This document shows positions 9,153 through 17,791 of a stretch of DNA of 64,000 bases, one piece after another. Positions within the stretch are counted from its first letter, which is position 1. Each line of letters opens with the position of its first letter. The notes beneath the pieces are model-generated. The model did no database searches. It saw only the letters and a program-made list of their open reading frames with translations, and was not told the origin of the DNA. The position numbers were made by a program, and so were the translations under genes. Source of the DNA: a virus; IMG/VR virus record IMGVR_UViG_3300027418_000370; one strand, given 5' to 3'.

Positions 9153-9918
9153 GAGAATTGAAGATTATAATAAGGTACTGCCGATTGTAGAGCTTTACCG
9201 ATGTGTACAATCAGAGGGTAGTCGTTTTGGACGTCCTACTATCGCTGTACGTACTACAGGATGTACTCACCGCTGCTACTTCGGTGAAGGAGGTTGGTGT
9301 GATAGCTGGTATACCTCTATCCATCCAGAGAAAGGTGGTTATTCATTTAACGATATTATTAAGATTTACGATGAGAATCCTCACGTAAAGGAGATGATGC
9401 TAACAGGAGGTAGCCCAACAATGCACCCAGCCTTAGTAAATGAGATTACTCACTTTGCTAAAGAAAGAGGTATTATTGTTACTATTGAGACTGAAGGTTC
9501 TCACTTCCTTGAGACGGACTATCCTCTTGATCTTATCTCTCTATCTCCTAAGTTCTCTAATAGCGTACCCGTAGTAGGAGCTGTTACACCTCAAGGCGCT
9601 ATTGCAGATGAGAAGATGATTAAGCAACATAACAAGTTCCGTATCAACAAAGATGCTATCCGTCAGACTTTGGACTATCATACTGATTACCACTTTAAGC
9701 CGGTATGGGACGGTAGCGCAGCGAATCTAGTAGAGATTGAAGCATTTAGGGTTGAGATGAATATTCCTAAAGACAAGACTTTTGTTATGCCTGCAGGTGA
9801 TACTCGTGAGACTTTAATTGAAATGTACCCAATCGTATTTGAGATGTGTGCCGAGCACGGTTACAATATGACCGGACGTGATCACATCATTGCCTACGAT
9901 ACTAAGAGAGAAGTATAA
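9142..9918 (+). CDS. queE: 7-carboxy-7-deazaguanine synthase (radical SAM)
   Basis: QSEG..GRP..VRTTGCTHRC...WCDS, LTGG, IETEG, SLSPK. Confidence 0.93.
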   Translation: MALKRIEDYNKVLPIVELYRCVQSEGSRFGRPTIAVRTTGCTHRCYFGEGGWCDSWYTSIHPEKGGYSFNDIIKIYDENPHVKEMMLTGGSPTMHPALVNEITHFAKERGIIVTIETEGSHFLETDYPLDLISLSPKFSNSVPVVGAVTPQGAIADEKMIKQHNKFRINKDAIRQTLDYHTDYHFKPVWDGSAANLVEIEAFRVEMNIPKDKTFVMPAGDTRETLIEMYPIVFEMCAEHGYNMTGRDHIIAYDTKREV

Positions 9919-10100
9919 TGCCAAACGGATACTTAGGAGCTTTATGGTTGATGTGGAGTAATAGCGCTATCGAACCAGCACACGTTATTAAAGCCCTAAG
10001 TATCTACGGCTATAAATTAGATGCATTAACCAAACAGGGCTTAGTAGCCTCAAATGAAAATACACGTTTTGAATATAAAGAGTATACTTCTTGGAGCTAG
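9918..10100 (+). CDS. Hypothetical protein
   Basis: Coupled ORF. Confidence 0.5.
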   Translation: MPNGYLGALWLMWSNSAIEPAHVIKALSIYGYKLDALTKQGLVASNENTRFEYKEYTSWS

Positions 10101-10416
10101 TCTGTTCTTTCTAGGACAAGTAATAACCTTCTACCAGCTTAACGGACAGTTTATCTGGAGCTGGTTTAAAAAGTACGAATGGGCTGTTGCTCTATTTGGT
10201 ATACCTATTTCGTTCATTTTTATCTGGGCTACCAGAACAGCAGTCGCTGGCTTTGACGGTTTACTATGGCCTGCTCGTTTTATAGGATTCGGTACAGGAA
10301 TGATAGTTTATGCCTTCTGCGTATGGTACTATATGGGAGAGCCGATATCCACTAAGACTGCTATTAGTCTCCTTCTAGCTCTAGTATTAATCTGTGTTCA
10401 AGTACTCTGGAAATGA
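10054..10416 (+). CDS. 4-TM small membrane protein (DMT/SMR-like)
   Basis: Four hydrophobic helices; GEP motif before the last helix. Confidence 0.6.
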   Translation: MKIHVLNIKSILLGASLFFLGQVITFYQLNGQFIWSWFKKYEWAVALFGIPISFIFIWATRTAVAGFDGLLWPARFIGFGTGMIVYAFCVWYYMGEPISTKTAISLLLALVLICVQVLWK

Positions 10417-10664
10417 GTTATATTATAGGTTCTAAGTGTATAGATGTTAAAGACAGTGGATGTATGGATGTATGTCCTGTTGACTGTATATACGAGGACC
10501 TACAGCAAATGTTCATTAACCCAGATGAATGTATTGATTGCGGAGCTTGCATTCCAGCTTGCCCAGTAGAAGCTATTTGGGACAGTGAAGAATGGGCTAT
10601 TAGGATGGGTGATCAAGCATCTGTACATGCTAACTATAAGCATTTCGGATTAGAATATAAATGA
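10413..10664 (+). CDS. Dicluster (7Fe-type) ferredoxin
   Basis: C...CMDVCPVDCI and CIDCGACIPACP. Confidence 0.92.
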   Translation: MSYIIGSKCIDVKDSGCMDVCPVDCIYEDLQQMFINPDECIDCGACIPACPVEAIWDSEEWAIRMGDQASVHANYKHFGLEYK

Positions 10665-10846
10665 GAAGAAAAGATATAATAACATTAAATGATGACTGGT
10701 ATGAAGTTCAGAGAGTACTTAGAGAGGATCGTCAATGGGATGTTGAAATTCTTAAACAGTACTGGTCTTGTACACATACCTTCCGTAAAGACGGTCTACT
10801 CTATTTTTGTAGAGAGATCCCAAAAATTGAATATCAACAAATATGA
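10661..10846 (+). CDS. Hypothetical protein
   Basis: Coupled ORF. Confidence 0.6.
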   Translation: MRRKDIITLNDDWYEVQRVLREDRQWDVEILKQYWSCTHTFRKDGLLYFCREIPKIEYQQI

Positions 10847-11490
10847 AAGTAACCCTAAATCATGTAACTCCGGACGCGGAGAATGCAATTGTAAAAATTG
10901 CTAGAGTATCCTCTAAACGTACCGACAAGGTAGAGAAGCCTGAAAGGCTACTACACTACCTTATCAAGCATAAGCATTGGTCTCCATTCGAGCACGGATA
11001 TATGTCTGTAGAGATTGAGACTTCTAAAGCTATTGGTATTCAGTTAATTCGTCACCGCTCTTTTACCTACCAAGAGTTCTCACAACGTTACCAGGATGTA
11101 AGCTTAATTGACGGTATGTTTGAGAGTGTAGAGCTAAGAAAACAAGCTGAAGATAATAGACAAAGCTCCACTGAAGTATTTAACCCAGACGTATTCTATG
11201 CCGGATACAGTACTGCAGCTTCAGCTCAGATCGGTAAACACTTTAGAGCTTCCCAAGATCTTTATAAGCGACTCCTTGATGAAGGTGTAGCAAGAGAAGT
11301 AGCTCGAATGGTATTGCCACTATCTACTAAAACTAAGATTCACATGACCGGTTCTATTCGTTCATGGATCCACTTCTTAGATCTCAGAGATGATGCTCAT
11401 GCTCAGAAAGAGATTCAAGATGTAGCAAAAGAGATCAAGAAGATCTTTATCGAACAATTCCCAGTAATCTCAAAATCACTAAACTATTAA
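10843..11490 (+). CDS. thyX: Flavin-dependent thymidylate synthase
   Basis: HWSPFEH, RHRSFTYQEFSQRY, AREVAR, HAQKEI. Confidence 0.96.
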   Translation: MKVTLNHVTPDAENAIVKIARVSSKRTDKVEKPERLLHYLIKHKHWSPFEHGYMSVEIETSKAIGIQLIRHRSFTYQEFSQRYQDVSLIDGMFESVELRKQAEDNRQSSTEVFNPDVFYAGYSTAASAQIGKHFRASQDLYKRLLDEGVAREVARMVLPLSTKTKIHMTGSIRSWIHFLDLRDDAHAQKEIQDVAKEIKKIFIEQFPVISKSLNY

Positions 11491-11492
11491 TT

Positions 11493-12116
11493 ATGAAAAA
11501 ATGGCAGCACTTTACTTTCTTGTTATGGGTGGCATTCTCGGTTTACTCCTTTACAGCCTCTGGTCAGAAATCTTTAAGAGACAGCGTTGAATGGAACACT
11601 CCTTACTTTAGAATCTGGTATTCAGAACCTCTAGAGAATCCTTTATCAGTACGTTACGGTGTAGCTTGTCCTACAGGTACTGCTTCTAGATCAGGAATGG
11701 ACTTCCACAAAGAAAAAGGAATTCATACTTCCGATAACGATGACTATGTAGCCAACGAATGGGACAAAGGTCATATGGCTCCTGCCGCAGACTTTAACTG
11801 TACCCGTGAAATGCTATTGGAGACATTTACATACGTTAACTCTTCCTTGCAGCACCAATCTCTCAATAGAGGTGTATGGAAGAAGCTAGAGACTCGAGAA
11901 AGAGAATTAGCATTAGGACACGAAGTACAAGTCTTTATCCGAGTAGAATTCTCAACTAATCCTGAAAGAGTACCTGGCGGTGCTGCTATCCCTTCCGGAT
12001 ACTATAAGGAACTAAAAGTTGCAAATCGCCGAGAATGTTACTATTTTAAGAACGAGAAACCTGTAACATCAGAGCTCTCAGATTATAAATGTCCTTGCAG
12101 AAATGCAATTAATTAG
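11493..12116 (+). CDS. Secreted DNA/RNA non-specific (His-Me) endonuclease
   Basis: Signal peptide; DKGHMAP, TF-Y-N..Q...LNRGVW..LE. Confidence 0.88.
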   Translation: MKKWQHFTFLLWVAFSVYSFTASGQKSLRDSVEWNTPYFRIWYSEPLENPLSVRYGVACPTGTASRSGMDFHKEKGIHTSDNDDYVANEWDKGHMAPAADFNCTREMLLETFTYVNSSLQHQSLNRGVWKKLETRERELALGHEVQVFIRVEFSTNPERVPGGAAIPSGYYKELKVANRRECYYFKNEKPVTSELSDYKCPCRNAIN

Positions 12117-12495
12117 TACGCATCCTATTAAGAAATCTGACCTCGGCTTTCATGCTAACCTCTTTGGAGGTAAGCTGTTAGCCTGGTTGGATGCTGCTGG
12201 AGCAGCTATGGCAATGGAGGTAGCTGATACTCCTAGAATGGTTACTATCAAGATAGACGAATGTCTTTTTAAGAAACCAGCCAAAGAAGGTCAGTTGTTA
12301 AAAATTTATGGAAAGGTAGCAGAAGTTGGAAATACGTCTTTAACTCTCTATCTTGAAGCTAGAGCACATAACGTATACTCAGGAAGTCAGTCGGTAATAC
12401 TCTCCACTAAGATTAAGTTTGTACGTATTGATGAAAATAATGAACCAATTCCAATCTCAGATAGAATTAGATTAAAGTATGCAACAGTTAATTGA
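12103..12495 (+). CDS. Hotdog-fold acyl-CoA thioesterase (YciA-like)
   Basis: DL..HANLFGGKLLAWLD, VT, F.KP, VGNTS, FVRID. Confidence 0.85.
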   Translation: MQLISTHPIKKSDLGFHANLFGGKLLAWLDAAGAAMAMEVADTPRMVTIKIDECLFKKPAKEGQLLKIYGKVAEVGNTSLTLYLEARAHNVYSGSQSVILSTKIKFVRIDENNEPIPISDRIRLKYATVN

Positions 12496-12985
12496 CGCAA
12501 AGGATATTGATATCCAAACTAAGATCATCGCTAAGAAGATCTCAGCAGAGCACAATGGAGATAAAACTCCAATCGTTATGGTAGGGTTATTGAATGGAGC
12601 ATTTATGTTCTATGCAGACCTAGTACGCAACATTACAGTAGACGTAGAATGTGATTTTATGAGAATAAGATCATACGTCAGTAAAAAGAAACAAGGTGAT
12701 ATTCAGATCACCAAAGACTTAGAGACGCCTGTTAAAGGAAAGCACGTCTATATCGTAGACGACATTTACGATTCGGGTAATACAATGGATGCTGTGATTG
12801 AATACCTTCAGGTCAAACACCCAGCCTCGATTAATATTGTTACTCTACTGACTAGAGAAACTTCTAGGATACCCCCAGTACCTTCCTATCATGCATTCAC
12901 TATCAAGGATGAATGGGTAGTAGGCTTTGGAATGGATAACGATAAAGGTTATGCAAGAAATTACAGAAGTGTGTTTGCACTCTGA
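12479..12985 (+). CDS. hpt: Hypoxanthine/guanine phosphoribosyltransferase
   Basis: GLLNGAFMF.ADL; PRPP motif IVDDIYDSGNT; WVVGFGMD. Confidence 0.9.
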   Translation: MQQLIDAKDIDIQTKIIAKKISAEHNGDKTPIVMVGLLNGAFMFYADLVRNITVDVECDFMRIRSYVSKKKQGDIQITKDLETPVKGKHVYIVDDIYDSGNTMDAVIEYLQVKHPASINIVTLLTRETSRIPPVPSYHAFTIKDEWVVGFGMDNDKGYARNYRSVFAL

Positions 12986-13008
12986 AATAGTTTTCGTATA
13001 TTAATAAG

Positions 13009-13038
13009 AGGTGTCGAAGCACCACCTAAAAAAACAAA
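13009..13038 (+). promoter_or_regulatory. preQ1-I (type II)-like riboswitch aptamer in the folE leader
   Basis: AGGTG-TCGAAGCAC-CACCT-AAAAAAA-CAAA; starts about 4 nt after the promoter element TATATTAA (12997-13004) and ends 4 nt before the folE ATG. Confidence 0.72.
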
Positions 13039-13042
13039 TTAT

Positions 13043-13753
13043 ATGGCAGATAAAAAACGTTATGATGTAGAACTCGCTCAAGCCGGGTTCGCTAATGGTG
13101 TCTCTTCTCAACTGGCTGAGAAGTTTAAAGTTCATTCTATGAACTCTATGCACTTAACAGATCAAGAGAAGCATACTATTATTGAGAATGCTGCAAAGGC
13201 ATTCGGAGAATTCCTAGATGCTCTAGGATGTGACTGGCGTGATGACCCTAACTCATCTGATACTCCTCGTCGAGTAGCTAAGGCTTATGTAAACGACTTA
13301 TGGGCAGGACGATTCAATCCTATGCCTGAGATCACAGCCTTCCCTGCTGATGGTTATGATGGTATTGTATTTGAGGGTAATATTCCTTTGACCTCGATGT
13401 GTTCGCATCACCACCAGACTATTCAAGGTCGAGTTCATATTGCTTACATTCCAGGTCCTGGAGGTAAGGTAATCGGTCTATCTAAGCTCAATCGTATTGT
13501 AGAGCATTTCGGACGTAGAGGTGCTATTCAAGAGCAGCTTACTGTTGCTATTCATAATGCAGTTCATACTGTTTGTGAAGGTAATGTAGGTGTAGCAGTT
13601 ATGGTAGAAGCTACTCACAATTGTGTATCATGCCGCGGTACTAAACACGCTGGTGCGTCAATGAAGACTTCTAAGCTATCAGGTAGCTTTATGTACGAAG
13701 ACTCAGCACGAGCAGAATTTTATGAATTTGTTAAAGGTTACGCATGCAAATGA
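13043..13753 (+). CDS. folE: GTP cyclohydrolase I
   Basis: DTPRRVAK, SMCSHH, GLSKLNR, QEQLT, HNCVSCRG. Confidence 0.97.
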   Translation: MADKKRYDVELAQAGFANGVSSQLAEKFKVHSMNSMHLTDQEKHTIIENAAKAFGEFLDALGCDWRDDPNSSDTPRRVAKAYVNDLWAGRFNPMPEITAFPADGYDGIVFEGNIPLTSMCSHHHQTIQGRVHIAYIPGPGGKVIGLSKLNRIVEHFGRRGAIQEQLTVAIHNAVHTVCEGNVGVAVMVEATHNCVSCRGTKHAGASMKTSKLSGSFMYEDSARAEFYEFVKGYACK

Positions 13754-14256
13754 AACGAGCAAAAAGTGTCCCATTTATCGACGAAGTAGAGATCTTCAAC
13801 GATACGTTCGGTAAGCCGAACAATTACACTCCTATTATTCCTAATGATAAGAAACTTACTAACTTCGTAGTAGATTTTATTAAAGAAGAGACTGACGAAC
13901 TAGCACACGCTATTGAAGAGAAAGATATTGTAGAAGTACTAGATGCTATCTGCGATCTACTTTACGTAGCTATTGGAAATGCTACCATGGTGTTTGGATT
14001 GAAGAATAAGATCGTACCAGCTTACCGAGAGGTACAGGCATCGAATATGTCTAAGAGCTGTGCGACTGTAGAAGAAGCAGAAGAGACTATTGCTCTCCGT
14101 TCTCAACAGCACGGCGAGTGTTACTTCCGTAAGGTGGGAAACCGTTATGTTGTTTATCGCAAAGCGGACGATAAGGTTATGAAATCTATTAACTACTTCG
14201 CTCCTAATCTTGAGCAGTTCTTTACTCCAGAAGAAATCGAAAACGCTAAGCAATGA
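13744..14256 (+). CDS. MazG/PRA-PH-like NTP pyrophosphatase
   Basis: EETDEL...EVLDAICDLLYV...VQASNMSK. Confidence 0.85.
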   Translation: MQMKRAKSVPFIDEVEIFNDTFGKPNNYTPIIPNDKKLTNFVVDFIKEETDELAHAIEEKDIVEVLDAICDLLYVAIGNATMVFGLKNKIVPAYREVQASNMSKSCATVEEAEETIALRSQQHGECYFRKVGNRYVVYRKADDKVMKSINYFAPNLEQFFTPEEIENAKQ

Positions 14257-14450
14257 GTCCAAAAGAACTGGTAGAACAAAATAGTATCTTCTTAGAAGAC
14301 CTACAACGCTGGGTTGTACCTTTAGAAGTAGTAGAGGAAGCCTTGCAGATCAAGAGCGCTAAAGAGCTTGAAGATAATTTAGGTAAACTTCAAGATAGTA
14401 TGTTAGAATTAAACAAGTTATTTAACGATTTAGGAAACGCCAATGGTTAA
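14253..14450 (+). CDS. Hypothetical protein
   Basis: Coupled ORF. Confidence 0.6.
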   Translation: MSPKELVEQNSIFLEDLQRWVVPLEVVEEALQIKSAKELEDNLGKLQDSMLELNKLFNDLGNANG

Positions 14451-15270
14451 GATTGCACACGAGAGTCCTATTGCTAGCTTTGACACTATTCAGCAGTATA
14501 CGGATTATGATTACGCTTTAGTACATCTCTTTGAAGAGAACGAAACTTATTTAGATAAGTTTGTAGAAGCACGAGATAAAGGACGAGAGATTATTCTCGA
14601 TAACTCTATCTTTGAATTAGGAAAAGCTTTTGATTCAGAACGCTTTGCTTTCTGGATTGATTATTTAAAGCCTACCTGGTACATCGTACCTGATGCATTA
14701 GAGAATGTAAAGCGTACTTGTGCTAATATGGCTGAGTGGAACTTTAAGTATGCAGATCATCTAGCAGCACCTAGTAAAAAGATTGGAGTACTACAGGGAA
14801 AGACTTACTCTGAGCTTATCAATTGCTATGACTACATGATTAATATAGCAAAGGTAGATATGGTGGCTATCTCTTTCGATTACAGTTATTACGAACAGCT
14901 CGTACCACACCCTAACAAGTATGTTAGCTGGATGCTAGGCAGAGTTGTGCTCTTAGGTAAGATGTTACGTGATGGAGTAATCAACCCAGATATCCCTCAC
15001 CACCTACTAGGCTGTGGACTTCCTCAAGAGTTTGCTTTCTATAAAGACTACGATTGGATCTACTCACTAGATACTTCTAACCCAGTAGTACACGGTTTGT
15101 TGGGAATCGAGTATAAAGATCAAGGGTTGTGGGATAAGGCATCAATCAAGTTATTTGAGATGATTAATATGACTCCTACCTCTGAGCAGGTTACTTCAGC
15201 AGTTTATAATGTTCAACGCTTTAGATGGTTCGCACATGGTAGCAACTCGTCCGTGGATAGCATTCTTTAG
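14443..15270 (+). CDS. dpdA: Divergent TGT-fold 7-deazaguanine transglycosylase (DpdA3-like)
   Basis: IILDNS, VPD, GVLQG, HHLLG, SLDTS motifs in TGT order; que context. Confidence 0.78.
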   Translation: MVKIAHESPIASFDTIQQYTDYDYALVHLFEENETYLDKFVEARDKGREIILDNSIFELGKAFDSERFAFWIDYLKPTWYIVPDALENVKRTCANMAEWNFKYADHLAAPSKKIGVLQGKTYSELINCYDYMINIAKVDMVAISFDYSYYEQLVPHPNKYVSWMLGRVVLLGKMLRDGVINPDIPHHLLGCGLPQEFAFYKDYDWIYSLDTSNPVVHGLLGIEYKDQGLWDKASIKLFEMINMTPTSEQVTSAVYNVQRFRWFAHGSNSSVDSIL

Positions 15271-15796
15271 TCAGACTGGATCTGAGATTGTTCAGGTTAG
15301 TAAGCAGTTAGGTCGCTGGCCTGACCTTATTATTACTAATATCAGGCCTTCTCATTTACGTACTATACATCCTGAGATTCCTACAGACCTATTAAAGTAT
15401 ACTCAGAATAGACCTGAGGAGCATGAGCTTGTATGGCTGATGAGTGCAATAAGTGATAACCCTGTTGTAACTTTACACGGATGGTTAAGAGTAATGCCTG
15501 CTTCTATCTGTAATCGCTATGAAATCTATAACGGACATCCAGGATTGATTACTAAATATCCAGACCTAAAAGGAAAAGATCCTCAATATAGAGCCTGGGA
15601 AGGTAACTATAAGACTGCTGGCTGTGTTATTCACAAAGTAACTGCCGGAGTAGATGAAGGAGAAGTTCTAGTGGAGCGAGAAAGTATACATAAGATGTTG
15701 CCTAAGAACGATATTTTTCGTATCTTACATGACACATCAGTAGAGATGTGGATAGAATTTTTACATAATAAACTATGGTTAGACGAATTGCATTAG
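15236..15796 (+). CDS. dpdN: PurN-like formyltransferase (DpdN-like, preQ1 formylation)
   Basis: FSQTGS, LHGWLRV, NGHPGL, GCVIHKVTAGVDEG; lies between dpdA and queF. Confidence 0.8.
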   Translation: MVATRPWIAFFSQTGSEIVQVSKQLGRWPDLIITNIRPSHLRTIHPEIPTDLLKYTQNRPEEHELVWLMSAISDNPVVTLHGWLRVMPASICNRYEIYNGHPGLITKYPDLKGKDPQYRAWEGNYKTAGCVIHKVTAGVDEGEVLVERESIHKMLPKNDIFRILHDTSVEMWIEFLHNKLWLDELH

Positions 15797-16293
15797 TAGG
15801 AGCTAGTAGTACTGGTAAGACTACTGTGTATGAGTTATTGAAAGCTAAACTACCTAAGTATGAGTTTATTAACGAAAGTACTCGTACGGTAGCTAAGTTT
15901 GGCTTTCCTATTAACGAAGCAGGTACTACTGAGACTCAGTTAGCTATTTCTTCTTTTCACTTAGAGGCTTTGCTTAAGCCTCATAGTTTGATTCTAGATC
16001 GTTGTTATCTAGACTTAGTTGTATACTCTAAGCATATGCCTGCTTTATCTTCTCAAGGCTTAGACTTTATTGAAGATACTTGGACTAGAGTGCAGGATGA
16101 GTATACGCACTATATTTATTTCCCTATTGAATTCGATGCTGTGGATGATGGTCAGCGCAGTGTAGATGAAGCTTGGAGAAAGATTATTGATGAAGAGTTT
16201 AAGTATCAACTCGATTTAACTGACCGTCATTATTTAACTGTTACTGGCTCACCATTGCAGCGAGTAGATCAAATTTTAAAATACATAAAGTAA
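15775..16293 (+). CDS. P-loop (d)NMP kinase-like protein (AAA_28/NadR-like)
   Basis: GASSTGKTT, E..R, LDRC..D..VY, DDGQR. Confidence 0.8.
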   Translation: MVRRIALVGASSTGKTTVYELLKAKLPKYEFINESTRTVAKFGFPINEAGTTETQLAISSFHLEALLKPHSLILDRCYLDLVVYSKHMPALSSQGLDFIEDTWTRVQDEYTHYIYFPIEFDAVDDGQRSVDEAWRKIIDEEFKYQLDLTDRHYLTVTGSPLQRVDQILKYIK

Positions 16294-17208
16294 ATGGAAG
16301 AAGTAAAGAACTACAATGCAGTCGTTGAGATTGCTGGTAAACACCTCGGTAAGGTAGGTGGAGAAGGTTACTCAGATCAGTACAATGCTGAGTTGCTAGT
16401 AGCAGTACCTCGTTATTTAAACCGAGAAGCTTACGGAATTGAGGAGAGTAATCTTCCATTCGTAGGAGTAGATGCTTGGAACGCTTATGAAGTTTCAGCT
16501 ATTACTAAAAAAGGTCAGCCTGTAGCAGGTATGTTAAAGATTGTATGCCCAGCTAATACAGAGTTTCACGTTGAGTCAAAGTCTATCAAATTATACTTGA
16601 ACTCTTTGAATATGACTCCGATGGGTCAGACAGCTAAGGAGTGTATCAAGGAGATTGAAACAACAGTAGCTAAAGACCTAACTGACCTACTAGGAGGAAA
16701 TGTAACCTGTACCTTCTTCGGCAATACATACACTCCAGAGTTTGAGTTTGATGGCTTTACAGACTTAGGTGCAACAGTAAACCTTGACAACATTGAGTTT
16801 ACAGCCTTTAAGTCTGATGCAGGTCAGCTTGAGATTGGCGGCAATCTTCCAATGTCTGTTACAACTAAAGTAAGTTCTAACTTGCTACGTAGTAACTGCC
16901 GAGTAACTAACCAGCCTGACTGGGGTGATATCTACATCCATATGCAAGGTCATAACTCAATTAAGCTTGAGTCACTAGCCAAGTATATCGTTAGTCACCG
17001 TACAGTATCTCACTTCCATGAAGAGATCTGTGAGATGGTATTTACTCACCTTCAGCAAGCCTATCAACCTGAGAAGCTTATGGTAGCATGTTTATATACA
17101 CGTCGTGGTGGATTGGATATTAATCCTATTCGAGCTACACATAAAGATATGATCCCAGGATGGTTTACTGATTCGGGTAAACGAATGAGAAAAACTTTAC
17201 GTCAATAA
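16294..17208 (+). CDS. queF: NADPH-dependent preQ0 reductase, bimodular type
   Basis: VESKSIKLYLNS, LLRSNCRVTNQPDW, FHEEICE, YTRRGGLDINP. Confidence 0.96.
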   Translation: MEEVKNYNAVVEIAGKHLGKVGGEGYSDQYNAELLVAVPRYLNREAYGIEESNLPFVGVDAWNAYEVSAITKKGQPVAGMLKIVCPANTEFHVESKSIKLYLNSLNMTPMGQTAKECIKEIETTVAKDLTDLLGGNVTCTFFGNTYTPEFEFDGFTDLGATVNLDNIEFTAFKSDAGQLEIGGNLPMSVTTKVSSNLLRSNCRVTNQPDWGDIYIHMQGHNSIKLESLAKYIVSHRTVSHFHEEICEMVFTHLQQAYQPEKLMVACLYTRRGGLDINPIRATHKDMIPGWFTDSGKRMRKTLRQ

Positions 17209-17241
17209 GTTGGAGCCTACGGGCTCCTTTCTTATCTTTAT
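17209..17241 (+). terminator. Terminator overlapping a promoter
   Basis: GGAGCC-TACG-GGCTCC-TTTC inside GTTG-N20-TATCTTTA. Confidence 0.7.
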
Positions 17242-17263
17242 AGAGTATTAAAAAGTAACGGTT

Positions 17264-17788
17264 ATGAGTAAGACTGAAGTAGTAGAGCTGATTGAGACGC
17301 TTAATAAATGTAGAGAGCTAGCATCAAAGCTTAAACTTGACCCTGATCAGCTAAGTGGCCTGTACGGTGAAGCAGTAGCCTTGTTAGTTATAAAAGAAAT
17401 TATTGGAGATAAAGAATACACACCAGCACCACCTCGTGAAAATAATATCGACGGTACAGGTAAGCTTGGAAGGTATTCTACAAAGTATCTTAGCCCTAAG
17501 ATGCACGTACCTAAATCTTCAGAACGAAATCTTGTAACTCTACATTCAGACTTAGATTTTGATTTTCTACTTATCGTCTGTGATACAGGAGAAGTATTTA
17601 ACGTACCTCGTCAGGTAATAGTTAACCAAAGCGCATTTAATCTACACGAACGCCGTGAGCGTAAAATGATTAATTGGATGACGATGGGTAGTCGCAAGAA
17701 GCGTGCAATTCGTCCGACTAATGATAACTGGAATACTCTGGTAGAAAACTACCTAGTTTGTAATCTAAATGAAATTTCTTATCTTTAA
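17264..17788 (+). CDS. Putative PD-(D/E)XK-fold endonuclease
   Basis: G..GE helix, IDG...YSTK, FDFLLIV; free-standing with own promoter. Confidence 0.45.
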   Translation: MSKTEVVELIETLNKCRELASKLKLDPDQLSGLYGEAVALLVIKEIIGDKEYTPAPPRENNIDGTGKLGRYSTKYLSPKMHVPKSSERNLVTLHSDLDFDFLLIVCDTGEVFNVPRQVIVNQSAFNLHERRERKMINWMTMGSRKKRAIRPTNDNWNTLVENYLVCNLNEISYL

Positions 17789-17791
17789 TAT

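Noticed and set aside
14443-15270. Canonical tRNA-guanine transglycosylase for queuosine tRNA
   Set aside because: No CxCxxC Zn site or DSGG; no queA/queG seen; the adjacent formyltransferase points to DNA or nucleotide modification
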